Shown piece by piece: positions 40,900-53,343 of a stretch of 64,000 nt of DNA. The DNA comes from Catajapyx aquilonaris. Its lineage: Eukaryota. The first letter of the stretch is position 1. Each line of letters begins with the position of its first letter. Position numbers and translations under genes: made by a program. The notes below the pieces were generated by a model. That model was not told where the DNA came from. It saw only the letters and a list, made by a program, of their open reading frames with translations, and ran no database searches. The DNA is taken from assembly GCA_000934665.2 (NCBI GenBank), contig KZ538111.1, positions 1 to 64,000 on the forward strand. The letters run 5' to 3'.

Positions 40900-41651
40900 A
40901 GGCGGCCATTTTGCAGTCGCAAATTGGGGAACGTGATCCAATTCTTGAGCGTTTAAAAAAAATGGGAGGGGAAAATGGCGGCGTACAATTGGAGGGCCGG
41001 GGGGTATAAAAGGGGGTGGGGGTGTAGGGGTCTTTAAACTAGCAGCGCACTTCCGAAACGCCTCCGCGACTGAAAGTAGTGCGGGGTGAACCGGCTGGTT
41101 TAACGGGGGTTTTAAATATGGGATGGTGATGATGGCTAGGATTGTTATGGGGAGTATGTACTACCTTATGATGTAACCCATGCCGGGGGTTATATAATAA
41201 AGGAGTGGGTGTCCACNNCCCCCCCCCCCTGGCCCTGCAGCAATTTGGCGCTGTCTTTTGCGTTGCCGACTATCATTTAGTTCCCTTGCAGTCCGGTCGC
41301 CACTTGTGTTCCGTTTCGTATAAGGAGTGCATTTTTTCCGTACCTTATTTTCGGTTTGAGTTTAAGTTGCCAAGTGTCAGCACCCCCCCCCCCCTCTCCG
41401 GCCAATCTGCGTGTTGCAATTTTTGTACTTACGCAAGCTGTGACGCGCCATTTTCTTCCACGCTTTGTCGGCAATTTGGTACCTGAACTTTTTTGCTAAT
41501 TTGGTGTTAAGTTTGTTTCTAGCTAGTACCGGTTCCACATCCCCCACCCCCTCTCTCTATCCAACATTTTGTATCCCTACTCTTTGTAATACGCACGTGT
41601 GTGGTCATTTCGCAACTCTACTCAACTAATACCCGCTCCTGATTGGTAAGT
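40900..41651 (+). promoter_or_regulatory. Candidate promoter plus non-coding first exon ending at 41645
   Basis: TATAAAAG at 41005, YY1/Pho-like CGGCCATTTT / AAAATGGCG / CGCCATTTT motifs, Inr-like TCATTT at 41273, and donor TTG|GTAAGT at 41646. Confidence 0.4.
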
Positions 41652-42455
41652 TTATTATGAATTTACTGAAGTGCAGGGTGTGTATGGATGCAGGCAAGTT
41701 TTATCAGTGATATTAATTCCCTCGATTTTATTAGGGGGAATTAACTGACATGAGAGGCTGCAGATGTCATGCTATGCTGTTTTATATACCCTGTTGTTTA
41801 CACGGAATCCTAACTAACCATCACGGTATTTTGTTTTGTGAGAAAGTGTGTGTTTGGTGTTTTCATTTCTCAGGTGTGTAACTAGAAGCAGCCTTTGCAA
41901 GCAAATAAACTATGTGTAATTTTTTAACTATGTTCACATGGCCAGCTATATACAGTTTGTGTATTCAAAATGGTTGTTTATTCAGTTGGTAGGCATATGT
42001 GCGCCCCTCTTGTCGAATTTGCGCAAATGTAAGAAATTTTCTGAACTTAGCTATAGAAATTTCGGCTCGATTACCCACACATGTCAGTCGTGTGATCACT
42101 CATATGAATAATGGGGAATACCCTGTTGGTTATGCCACCCCCCTCTCACCCATAGACGAATGTAGCATATTAATTAGAAGCCTGTACCTTGCAATTAGCA
42201 TATAGCCTAGTAACAAAACTAAAACTGACAGTTATGTCCATCAAAATCAACTAGAACAATTCGGTTATTGAAATTTGCAAGGAATTCCAATGGACTAATC
42301 TGTATATCACCATTCAGAATGTGTTCTGGCGAAGAAGGCAATATTGCAGTATACGTTACCGAAATATTGCGACATATGCTAAATAAAGGCCTAACATGCC
42401 CATTCTTCACAAAGTTTCATGTAGTTGATGATTTGCGAAACAGATTCATTACCCG

Positions 42456-42501
42456 TTGGTTACTTTGGGCAGAATCCATGGATTTTGTCCAAAGTAACCA
42501 A
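42456..42501. repeat. 46-bp near-perfect palindrome
   Basis: TTGGTTACTTTGGGCAGAATCCATGGATTTTGTCCAAAGTAACCAA, two mismatches. Confidence 0.9.
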
Positions 42502-43456
42502 TCACTCTGAACCATGTTGATGTGTGCGAGAAAATTATATAGGCTCTTATATTCACTGTGGAATAACTTAGCATTATGCAAATTCCTTATTTGGTTTAAC
42601 ACTGATCCGCATCTAATAATCTGTCACATGTATGATATTTGACGTTCAATCTCCCTCATTCTGATATATCTGCTACAGCATTCCCAGGGTAAGAACCTTT
42701 AGAGACGAATCTGATGATCCATCTTATCTTTTTGCTAAGAGGCTAAGATGGTGGGAGCCAGTGAGATGCACGCTCCAGCCTCAGATCAATTGAAAATAGA
42801 GAAGTGGATGTATCGACCGGCTCGGCAGCAGCGTCGATTAAGAGAGTTAATAATACTTTTCCGATAAGGCCGCTGCCACCACCTGAATTTGACCAAAATC
42901 GGAAGAAGCCTGCTGGAGCTTGCACAAGAAAATCATTTTCTCTGGGAGTGAAAAATGGGAGTCTAGCCAAAAGAAGAAAAAACGCTGCTGAAATTCTAAG
43001 GTTTCACGATTTATTCTCTTCAAGAAGTTGTCAGCAGTTCTGTGGTGTGTAAGAATGTCCGTATTGGCGATTGTTCGTTAAAAATAGCGGTTTTTGGGTG
43101 AAGAATCGCGTTTATGGCGGATTTGTCCGTTAAAAATAGCGCTTGCTATTTTTAACGGAAAAATTCGGGCGAAAATGCGTTTTCAGCTTTTTTTTGTGCT
43201 AACAGGGTTCGCAAAAAAAAAAAAAAAAAGCCGGCTACCTCTCTCACAGTCAGTGTGTGTGCTTCTCCCATATGGGCTTGTTTGGTCTAGTTGGAAAGAT
43301 CTGCGATAAGGTTGGCTGTCCTGCCCCGCAGCTCCCAATCGATAGATTCACCCTCCTCTTTTTCAGACTCCCCCCTCCTCTCCTCCCCATTCCCTCTCCC
43401 CACTCTCCCCTACCACCATCATCCTAAGTTCGCAGCTCCCCCTCCACCCCCCTTTG

Positions 43457-43482
43457 CACACACACACACCCACACACACACA
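43457..43482. repeat. (CA)n microsatellite
   Basis: cacacacacacacccacacacacaca. Confidence 0.9.
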
Positions 43483-43838
43483 AACCATTCCACTTGCTAA
43501 CATGCGCTGTTGAGAGGAAAATCAGCTATGTTCCATTTCCCTCTGGCAATCTGCAGCTATATGCGAAATGTACGCGTTTTCGCTTTTATTGGTTGCAAGA
43601 AGGGAAATTTCCGGTGCCATTTTTTGAGGGAAAATGAATGGTTTTATTGGCTAACTTGCGAGGGGGCTGCTTAATTGGCCGAATTTTGTGCGTGGCGGGT
43701 CGGGGCGCGAATATTTTGGCAATTGATCCGGCGGGATTGTTCCAATGGAGGTGTTTCATTAAGTTTCGCTTGTTCCATTGCGCAGCCAAACAAAGACAGA
43801 ATGGCTGCGCATGACGTCACGACTAGGAACGGGCTTGT

Positions 43839-43860
43839 ATTATTATTATTATTATTATTC

Positions 43861-43892
<32 letters not shown>
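43839..43892. repeat. (TTA)n microsatellite
   Basis: Near-perfect TTA run. Confidence 0.95.
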
Positions 43893-43894
<2 letters not shown>

Positions 43895-44140
43895 TAGAAC
43901 GGCTCTGTCTGTCTGTCTGTTTGTGGGCAGGTATCAGACAGAGCCGTGCTATCAGACTTTCCGATTTTCGGGTACCGGGTTCATTCTATCCGCCCCTACC
44001 CCTGACCGCCCATTCTCCCCGGACCGTCCCTTTCCCCCCTCCCTTCCTCCACCATGTGATACCTAATACCTGTCCACAGACGGACGGACGGACAGAGCCG
44101 TGCTATAAGACTTTTTCCGATGGATGAAAAAAGGTCTAAA
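43893..44140 (+). mobile_element. DINE-1/HINE-like non-autonomous Helentron element
   Basis: 5' subTIR ATAGAACGGCTCTGTC, (GTCT)n tract, nearby inverted copy GACAGAGCCGTGCTAT (~43937), (GACG)n tract plus a second GACAGAGCCGTGCTAT near the 3' end, and a 3' stem-loop at 44108-44137. Confidence 0.75.
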
Positions 44141-44409
44141 ATATGGGCTTGCTAGGATAGATTTTTTGAAGGGGAAAGGGGCGGTCTGGGGGTAGCAGGA
44201 GGGAGGGGGGAAAGAGTAAGTCCACTTTTGACCGAAAATGAGTTGTGGGTGGTTTCAATTTCAGTCCCAGTACCGTGACGGACGTTGGGGACAATAGCAG
44301 TAAACATGAAAAAGTCTACTCTAATCACGCTCACGTGCCAATCTTGTTATTATTATACCTGGACACCACTGGCTACCCCTCTATGGGAACTAATGCCGTG
44401 AAGAAATGT

Positions 44410-44711
44410 ATAATTATTATTATATTATATTTATTTATTTTTTAATTTGCCCCGTGATAGGGCGGAGCCCTTTGAGGGGGGAAGGGGAGGTTCCCAAGGG
44501 AGGGCGCTGTGCGGTAGTCATTTCTGACATTCTTGAAATACCAGGCCTTTTCTCCTGGCCCTGGGCAGAGTAGGGAGTGCAATTCTGCCCCGACTGTCGG
44601 GTGAAAAGCAGAAAAAGACCCGGCCAAGAAGAGGTGACGGGGACGGGATTTGAACCCCGGCCTTCCGCTTGGCTGGCCAGTGGCGTAACCACTAAACCAC
44701 CATGCCCCCCC
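44410..44711 (-). mobile_element. tRNA-derived SINE (head resembles tRNA-Gly GCC)
   Basis: The minus strand reads GCATGGTGGTTTAGTGG (A box) ... GGCCAGCCAAGCGGAAGGCCGGGGTTCAAATCCCG (B box), then a ~190-bp body and an A-rich (AAAT/AAT) tail. Confidence 0.85.
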
Positions 44712-44713
44712 TA

Positions 44714-44714
<1 letters not shown>

Positions 44715-44768
<54 letters not shown>
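44715..44768. repeat. (TTA)n microsatellite abutting the SINE head
   Basis: Perfect ATT run. Confidence 0.95.
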
Positions 44769-46065
44769 GCGACCTTGTGCATGGCACACCCTATCAAAAG
44801 GTGTGACCCTAGGGAAATTAAGATACCTTTGACTCACGAAGTGTCACAGGGTATGATGCGCATTACATACGCACCTGTAATTACCAACACGTAATCGCGT
44901 TATCTAATCCCGCTCTCTACAAAAACTAATACGGGACTCAGATATGCACTTTTTGCGGTACACTCTAATTGAGTGACCTGCCACTCTTACACAGAGCGTG
45001 GGAAATAATGGCATATGCTACCCAAAAAAATAAATTGTTGGAACATAACTAAGGACAAAGGTTTTTTGGGGGGGAAAACTGGAGGTTTATTTAACAAAGG
45101 GAGGAAAATTTTTTGTGAGTGATATTAAGATGGGGTTTGCTGAGAATCCGGAGAGCAAAGAGCAGTTGATTGATGGGGGTGGAGTGGAAGGTGAAATTGG
45201 ACTGGAAAAAAAGGGGGAGGGGGTAGTGGGGTGGAGGGTTAGGCAGCGCCTGGCACGTGCCGGGATCTCGCTCTGAGATTCCAGCAGGTGTCCTGAAAAT
45301 AACAGTTTGGAGCAACGGAAAAGGATGGTACCATTTTTTGGAGGGACCGGTGGAGAGGTAAGGGGTGGAGGGGGGGGGGGCATTGATATTTTCATCTGGA
45401 GCATATTGGACATTCACTAACCGTGCCCTATTAATATTTGCATGGGTCATATTCAAACAATATTATGTTAAGAGGTACAGTATACCAAAAATGTCAACGA
45501 GGATCTAATTGTGGTTTGTGCAAAAATAGACGGATCTATGATACATTATTTAATCGTATGCTATTTTTGATAACTGTTCTGCGACCTTCGTTGAATTTAT
45601 TCATGTTGGTGACAATAGAATGTATGTACATTCTGACGCACATTGTGGACTTTATTGCACCACAATATAAGTCAAATTGACCAAATCCCATTGTGGTAAC
45701 ATAATTACACCACAGTGTAAGTCAATGTTACCATGGGATTTGGTTAATTAAACTTGTGATGTGTATTTTGAAGTCGAACTTTTGGGATGACAGACGTTTC
45801 GAATGATTGTCCTTGAGTACGGCTCATTTTTTTGTGGCTGAAAAGTTAAGCCGAAAAGTTGAAATCTTGCACTGTACTGTACAGCAACGGCAAATGGAAG
45901 CGCTGGAAAGTCGAGGAAACTTTTAAATCGAAAATTGCGTCATTCTCGCCGGGGAAATAGGCTAAAATTATGGATAAATTGGATTACACGCACACAAAAA
46001 TTCGCCACCTTTTTATAGAATATATTATTAAATTTTCAAGTTTTTCCAAATGAGCTTTTACGGTA

Positions 46066-46282
46066 CAGTGTTGGACATTAATCGCGTCATCCTGCTAGCG
46101 ACATTTTCTGATGCGGCATACGTGCAATTCGAAATGATAGAGTGTGAGCCGTGTGAGTAAGAAGCGGTAGGCTTTGAGTGACGTCACTCAAGGGCTACCA
46201 TTTCTTACTCACACTTCGATTTGCACGTCTGGCGAATCGGAAAATGTCGCTAGCAGTATGACGGAATTAATGTCTAGCACTG
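46066..46282. mobile_element. MITE family A copy 8 (spacerless)
   Basis: TA|CAGTGTTGGACATTAATCGCG ... GACGGAATTAATGTCTAGCACTG|TA, with a single central GTGACGTCAC. Confidence 0.93.
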
Positions 46283-46618
46283 TATACGACGTGCAGTGTT
46301 ACAATTAGTGACGATGTTACATCATCATGGGATTTCCATCTGAATACCTCTCGAAAATCCCATTCTCTTGCACAATAACCATCCTAATTTAATAAACATT
46401 AATTTATCGACCCGAAGACTGTATATTAACCATAATAAGGGTATAGGTTTGGTTTATGGGACAGAAGGCACGGAACAATCGAGTTACCTTCCGTTATAAG
46501 TCAGATGATGGGAAGACAAATAAGCTCTAGTTTGCTGAGAGTACACAATATCAAATAGCACAAAATTAGTGCATAACTGTGGCTCTGTACTGATTTCGTC
46601 TTTATGAGTGATACTGTA

Positions 46619-46843
46619 CAGTGCTGGATATTAATTCTGTCATACTGCTAGCGACATTTCCTGATGCGGCGGAGGTGCAAATTGAAGTGTGCGAGCCGTG
46701 CGACTGGTGCGAGTAAGAAAAGGTAGGTCTTGAGTGACGTCACCCAAGGGCTACCATTTCCTACTCGCACGGCTCGCACTCTATCACTTCAAATTGCACG
46801 TCTGTCGCATAGGAAAATGTCTCTAGCAGTATGTCCAGCACTG
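46619..46843. mobile_element. MITE family A copy 9 (spacerless)
   Basis: TA|CAGTGCTGGATATTAATTCTGTCATACTG ... AGCAGTATGTCCAGCACTG|TA, with a single central GTGACGTCAC. Confidence 0.92.
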
Positions 46844-49800
46844 TACGTTACATTGAAGAAGGTTCATTCATCATTTGAGTCATTCATACATCGTCCCATC
46901 CGTAAATATCATTATCCAACCCAACATTTGACTTGTTTGCCAACTGTGTGCGTCGAATGCAAAAGGACATTGCCCCCTCTTTGATTCACCCCACTTCAAC
47001 TGACCAATCGATATGGGTCTTAGAGTCACGTGTGTGCTCTCCCCCTATGCTCGTTATAGTTTTTTTTGTGGCATTTACAACCCCCGTTTTTTTGCACCTG
47101 GGCGACCTTGTGCCCTTTTTGTTTAACGCCGGCTCCTTATACCGTGTTGAGTGTAACACGCGAGGATTTCATTTGGAAAAATAGTAAAAAACAGTTTTCT
47201 GGAGAGGGATGTCCAGTGGATATCTGTTTAGGTAGAGGGATGATAATGGAGAGAATTTGAGAGGCTGAGTAAGAGCTGGGGATCAATAGGACTGGGGGGG
47301 ATGGAGGATTGTGGTTTTGTGGGGTGGGGAGGCTGCGTGGGGAGTTGAAGCACCTCGAGCATCCTGGGAAGCAGCCCTTTCCACGTTTTGGAGATCCAAC
47401 TTTGCATGCATGTGTGGATGGGTGAGAGCAGGTGTGGGTAATGGGTAGGACGAGGCAATATTTGAAGTACGCGGGGTTTTGAACGGTTGGTTTGGCCTGG
47501 TAGGGCGGCCATGTTGGGGATCATAGATCATAGAGACCAACTTTGCGGGTGGAGCCTATTCTATACAAATAAATATATTTATAATAAATCGCCATAAATC
47601 TGATGAAAGCGCGGAAGGCAGCACTTGAAATTGAGCGGCTAGTTAGGCCTTGTTGATGACCTTGCTTTTAGTCCGGGCAAATTTAATGCGGCATAACTAG
47701 CCCACAGTCCTTACACATGCTTCCAGGCAGAAAATGCGATCTTGTAGACAGAAATTCACAGAGGAGTCACCAAGGGGGGGTTGCATAATTAATGCGACGC
47801 GACTAGTTCTCTCAAAGAGTGTATGGTAGCCTATATATGGGGGAAGCTGAGTAGGGAGACTTCGTACTTAAAGTGCATCTAAGTTTAATGAGGTTGAGTC
47901 AGGGGGATATGCTATTGGCTGAAAAGGACCCCCCTAGCCCCTCAACCAAATATTTGTTTGCATGTGTCGTCTCCGTTTATGCTAATCTCACTAATTGCGA
48001 TAGGAAAGCTACCATCAGGATAGGGCAAGTATATATCTCAACCGTGACATGTTTTTCATATAAACCGGGGTTGCAGTGATACATTCTGGACCCCCCAAAA
48101 TAATTTTTACACCTCCCAATATTAAATGCACCATAAATAGCTGCATGCAATTAGTTGATGGACAGCCTATATGCACCATATGTTGCCAGCTGTGCTCATA
48201 TCACCCCCACTTTTTTTATATCCGGTCATGCCCTGTATTAGAAAATTTAAATGGCTCGCCTGTAACAGTTTTTTTTTTTTTGGGGGGGGGGGGGGTCGGA
48301 CCCCACCCCCTGCGCTTTTGTTCGGTTCTATAAACAGTGTGTCCAGTCGTGCGAAAAACATTGATAGCGTTAGCGAATACGTGACTAACACTTGCAGTTT
48401 TTGCTTATTTTAAATTTGCATTCTAACGAGTTCGGTACCCGGGGGGGCCTTATGCGAATTTTCTGCGTTTCAAAGTTCCAATTGCGGTTTGGAACAAAGG
48501 ATTTTTTTTGTGTGTAGAATTGAAATGATGGGGAGTTCCATTTTCGCTAATTTGCTGAATACTTATGCAGTGAAGTGAAACTTGAACGAGAGGTGAGTCA
48601 GGTAAACTTAATATAGAACTTTGGAAGGAATTTTTAGATGATGCTCTTGGCCTTTTTTTCCGGTTGGACGCACTGGTTTAATTTTAGACTTTGAGGCGCC
48701 CGTAATAAGTCAAGAGGTGCTTTCGCCACTTTTTTTCAGGATCGCTGTTATTTGACTTTTTTTTTTTTTTTTTGCTGACTCTGTACAGGTCTGGTGATGA
48801 AAACATGGGTGTTCGTCGCGTTCGTTACAAAGTTATTGGACACTGTATCATCTTATAAAACGCAATTTCTAAGTATAGTGTGATTATCTTTTCTATGTTT
48901 TCTTTTGGAGGGGCTTTCCGCCAAGAAGTTGCCATGACGATAGGTCTATATGGATTCTATATATTTATTGCCATTTTCACAATAGGGATTGGGCGAAGAC
49001 CGTCAGAGGAAATGATAAGTCGTGGGTCTTGGGAGCATCCTCTTCAGTGTATTTGGAGCGTTAAATTTGTGCTCCATTTGTTCTTTTCTTCTGCCATGAA
49101 CTTTTGTGTCGCACATAGTGCAGGATGTGACGTGGATGAAGAATATAGTACAGTGGTTGCTATAAAATTAAATTTAGCATTTTTAAAAAAATGAGGTGAA
49201 TATGATTGGATCGTGCAATTAGTGGTCGGTGACCTCATGGAAGGCTCCAAAGAGTCCCAAGCAAGTTTCTGGAAGATAAGGGGGGTTGAGGAAGAGGGTG
49301 TAAGGGGCTGGATTGGCTGTCGCGGGAACAATGCCAAGAAGATGATCCGTGGTCCCGAAATTCGTCTGGGCGGCAGTCACCTGACTCTGACTTGGGTAGA
49401 TTTCTAGATTGAGCAGATTTGCAGCTTCCGCCTTCCCTGCTGCTGTCTCTGAAAATATGGGAGGCATTCTGGAGATAAGGAATGGGGTAAAAATGCTGGG
49501 GTGCATTTTTAGAAACGCGAAATTCTACACTGAGGAGTAAATAACCTGTTTACAGCCTTATAGGCAAGCTAGTTCAGAATTTGGACGGTAGAGGGAGCTG
49601 GACGCGCTGGTGCTGCCTCTAGCGGCCTAGTTGTTCCGGACAATGAACCTTTGGGGAATTGTGATTATTTTGCACATTGACGGATGTGGTTTGTAAATTG
49701 CAGTCACGGTCTACAAGAATGCGTGAATACCTGCAGGTGAAAAGTAGCATACCCCCGCAAAAGTCGGTTGGTACTTCCAATATGTCGTCTCGATTTGTGT

Positions 49801-52601
49801 CAGCTGCCAACGGTTCTAAGCCACCCAATTATCTATGCCTCCCCCCTTCCCTCTTTTAGATGAGGATCGAGTTGGGTTAGGTTGGACCAGCTGCTTATTC
49901 CTCGTGCTCAACCAACCTCCACACACACTTCCCATAGAAAAAAAAACAACGTAACAGCTGATCACTCTCAATGAAATCACTTACAGCATTGTTGCCGTGT
50001 ATTCCACGTAAAGGAAGTGCACATTAAATATTACTACGGGTTGTATTGTAGAAAATTTTTGTATAGTACAGTACCTATGCGGGTCCAACGATTTTTGGAG
50101 GAGGTGGCAACCTAGGTGGGGGTACTGAGGGTGCGGGTCCAGCCGGCCCTTTTCCAGAGGGGTTTTGATCGACGGGGGGGTTTGTTGGGGAGGGTTCACG
50201 TCGCGTGCCAACCACGAGCCAACCCAGGGGTTCACCACCGGGGTTGCCAAGTAACCCCCTCTCAACATCCTCTCGACTCGAGTTCAAAATCATGCAAATA
50301 GCCATAATGACAAAAGAATCAATTAACAGGGGGGNGGGGGGGACTACCGCGAATTTTGCCAGTTTTTTGCATGCACTACAGGGTGTGCCATTTTTTATGT
50401 CAGTCTTGGAATGATTCCAAGTCAGCGACATTCGCAGCAGTTGCAAAGAGCGCAATAAAGATGGGGCTTGGGGGGTCGGGGCAAGTCTGGGGTGAAATGG
50501 CTCCATGGTTGGGGTGTGTCGGCCAAAACTGGCCACCAAATTCACTTCAATTACGTCTCCAGACCTCGGGGTTTATTTGACCAATAGACGATTTTTCTAA
50601 TACTTGTCAGACCCAGTACGAAGGTCTGGTGATATATTTACTGGTTTATTTTATATAGATGGTAAAAAGGGTGGGGAAAGTGCGATTGGAGAGATATGGA
50701 GTTTTTTATGTGGGGGGTTGGAAATAAGTATTGACACTATTCGTCGCTCATTCGGACGTTCAAGTTATTTTCAAGTTTCACACTGTTGGTTTTTTTAAAC
50801 CAATTTTAAGGGTCATTGACCCGGCACGGTTTTTTTTAAATGAATCGATAGCCTGTTTTAACTTTGTGTATTGCAAGTTTCGCAAATTAATCAATGCCAT
50901 TTCCCAGTGCAAAACATTTCATTAGCAACCGCTCGCCATAAAATTAACCGTCCCCCCACCTCCCCCCTTCCAAACAAACGGAAATAGTTTTCCAGTGAAA
51001 GTCTATAGACAGCGATAAAAGTTTCACAGCAAAATTGCAGTGCGGCATCGGGTGTCCCATAAAATCCATGAGCACCAATTCACTTTGATCATGCGCATGT
51101 GCAGATCCATCAAGGACGGTTTAATTTTTCTAAACCCTGTTGTGCATAGTAGGAGAAGGAAAAAAAAAAAGTAGGTTGATGGACAAACTTAGAGGAGGAC
51201 TATTTTTGAGTCAATTGCAAGAGCCTCAGCATGGAATAGGAAACGTTTTTCCCTCTGAGACAGCGATTTCCATTCAAATTCTTTGGGGTCGGTTCTAAGT
51301 TGGGAGGGAGTTTCATAAGAATTTTTGCGGGTTTTTGCAGGGGACAGCTCTGCGGTCAGTGTCTGGCGCCTACTTTTGAGCCTGTCTGCTGAAAAGCTGG
51401 GGGTGATCAATATGGCTTTTTGGGGGAGGAGAGTGGGAGAGACGGCAGATTTACACTTCCAACAGTGCGTGTGTGCTCAATGCAGGGATTCACATATCAC
51501 AATATGAACCGCCATTTTTTAAATACAGAAAAGCGAAGGAATTGCCAAAAATAATATTTTATTATTTATTTATTAATAATATAAATATTTAAATTCATTT
51601 TATTATTTGATTGCTGTATGCTGACTGAATGGCCGGACCAGACAAAGTATACAGGCTTCCTGATCAAAAGGCGCGATATTCATAGCATGTCACAATATGG
51701 AGTACGAGGTCATGTTTTGTTTTTTTTTGCGACCCGTCTTTGTCTTGGGGACAGGGCGATGGACTTTCTATCGGCATGATCGTGACGTCGCTGGTGAAGG
51801 GGGCACTCCCCTTGAGTCACGTGGCGTCATCGATTTCAAACCATGCCCACTTACGTACTATATCGATGGTCATTTACCTGGCTGTCTCAACGGGAATTTT
51901 CGGACTGGCCTCGTTTACAGTGAAACCCTGAGTCAATCAGATGTAAGTTGTCCAGTACGGTACTGTAATGGAGTGTTAGTAAACGCAATTGGATAACCAA
52001 CTCCAATTTGTGTATGGTCAGTGTATATTCGGTTCAATCTTCATAATTTTATATTCGTAATTTAGAAAATAACACTGAGATGGTAATTTGACGTCGATTT
52101 TCTATGCTTATTTGTCTAATAAACAAAAGTTTTAACATGCTTGTTTAGCGGATACGGTAATGACTAATGACACGAATATTATCGTGGAAGAAATTTTGCG
52201 ACAAAGGCGTATCAAATAGCGAATGCAGAACAACTTTCGTTACCATGCTCAATTTGACCCTTGAGTAAATATTGACCCACTTTGTTATGTACCATTCAGT
52301 ATTATAATAGTCTTTACTGATATTGCCCATTGTCACAAAGACAACAATCGGCTGTCAACCTGTAGCCATTTGAATGCTCACGCAACGACACGCACCTATA
52401 GGGCGCAACGTAGTCCACGCACTTTGAACCCCTCTGTACCTGGCAATAGAAACGCGACGCCGGCAGGCTTTGAATGGGCCCGCTCTGCTCATGCGACATG
52501 GCAACCCCGCCTAAAATCGGGTATGGGTGGGGTGGATCCGACGGGATGGTGGGGGAGAAGTGGGTGGTGGGTGGCCGGGTACGGAAGGGGAGCGCAGCCA
52601 G

Positions 52602-52887
52602 TCAGTTGTCGGCTTTCGTCGAAACAACAACTCCGAGAGCAAGTCGGTGGGGGGTACTGGTTTGCAAGGAAAAAAAAATTACATATTTTGCGAAAAAATA
52701 ATTTTTTTGGCAATGCCTGTGCTGTAAAAAAAATATTTGTAGGAAAAAAAAAGTGTGAGTGCTCTAAAACCGGGAACTAACTAAAAGCGGGGATCTAAAA
52801 CTACAAAAGTGGCGGCCGGTGCTCTGTGGGCGTCCTCCCCTTCGTCAGCCGCTCTCACCGTGGGACCGCTTACTCTACAAGGTGTGT
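52602..52887 (+). promoter_or_regulatory. Candidate proximal elav promoter and first exon (~52604-52881)
   Basis: Consensus arthropod initiator TCAGTT at 52602 after a G/C-rich stretch, an A-rich leader, and donor AAG|GTGTGT at 52882, 1.8 kb upstream of the coding exon. Confidence 0.5.
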
Positions 52888-53343
52888 TCAAAAATTTCGG
52901 GGTTGGTTAAATGGGGGTTAAAATTGATGCTTTTTGAATCGGTGCCAGGTTAACAGTAGCCGGCTTTGTTCGTTGCGCCATTTTGTACTGATAAGCATCG
53001 CACATGTCAGTGTACGGTACTGAAGGAAAAAAAAAAAAAAGTGCCGGGTGACTTAAGCGCAATATTGGACCTTACCCGGGGGGTCGATAAATCGATTAGG
53101 GTCCAATAATAAGAGGGCGTTGAGCGCGACCCCGGCTGAAGTTATTCTTGTCTCGACCCTTTTTGGAGAGAAAAAACTGGTTATTTTTCAGAATTATAGT
53201 TCTGAGCAGAATGGCTTAGGCGATGAAGGTTATGCCCCTGATTGTATGTAATCTTATAATGAGCTTATTTTCAGAGAATGTCACTTGTTTGGATTCGTTT
53301 AAGAGCAATGAACTGTTGACAAGTTTGACAAATTTTTGATGTA

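Noticed and set aside
44635..44705. Possible tRNA-Gly gene
   Set aside because: The acceptor stem does not pair properly and the sequence continues into a body and A-rich tail, so it is a SINE head.
43671..44894. Poly-Asn, poly-Leu and poly-Ile ORFs
   Set aside because: Translation artefacts of (TTA)n microsatellites.
5656..46843. Recurring palindromic repeats as a CRISPR- or REP-like system
   Set aside because: Copies are dispersed, TA-flanked and TIR-bounded with no repeat-spacer periodicity, in spliceosomal-intron-containing eukaryotic DNA; they are MITEs.
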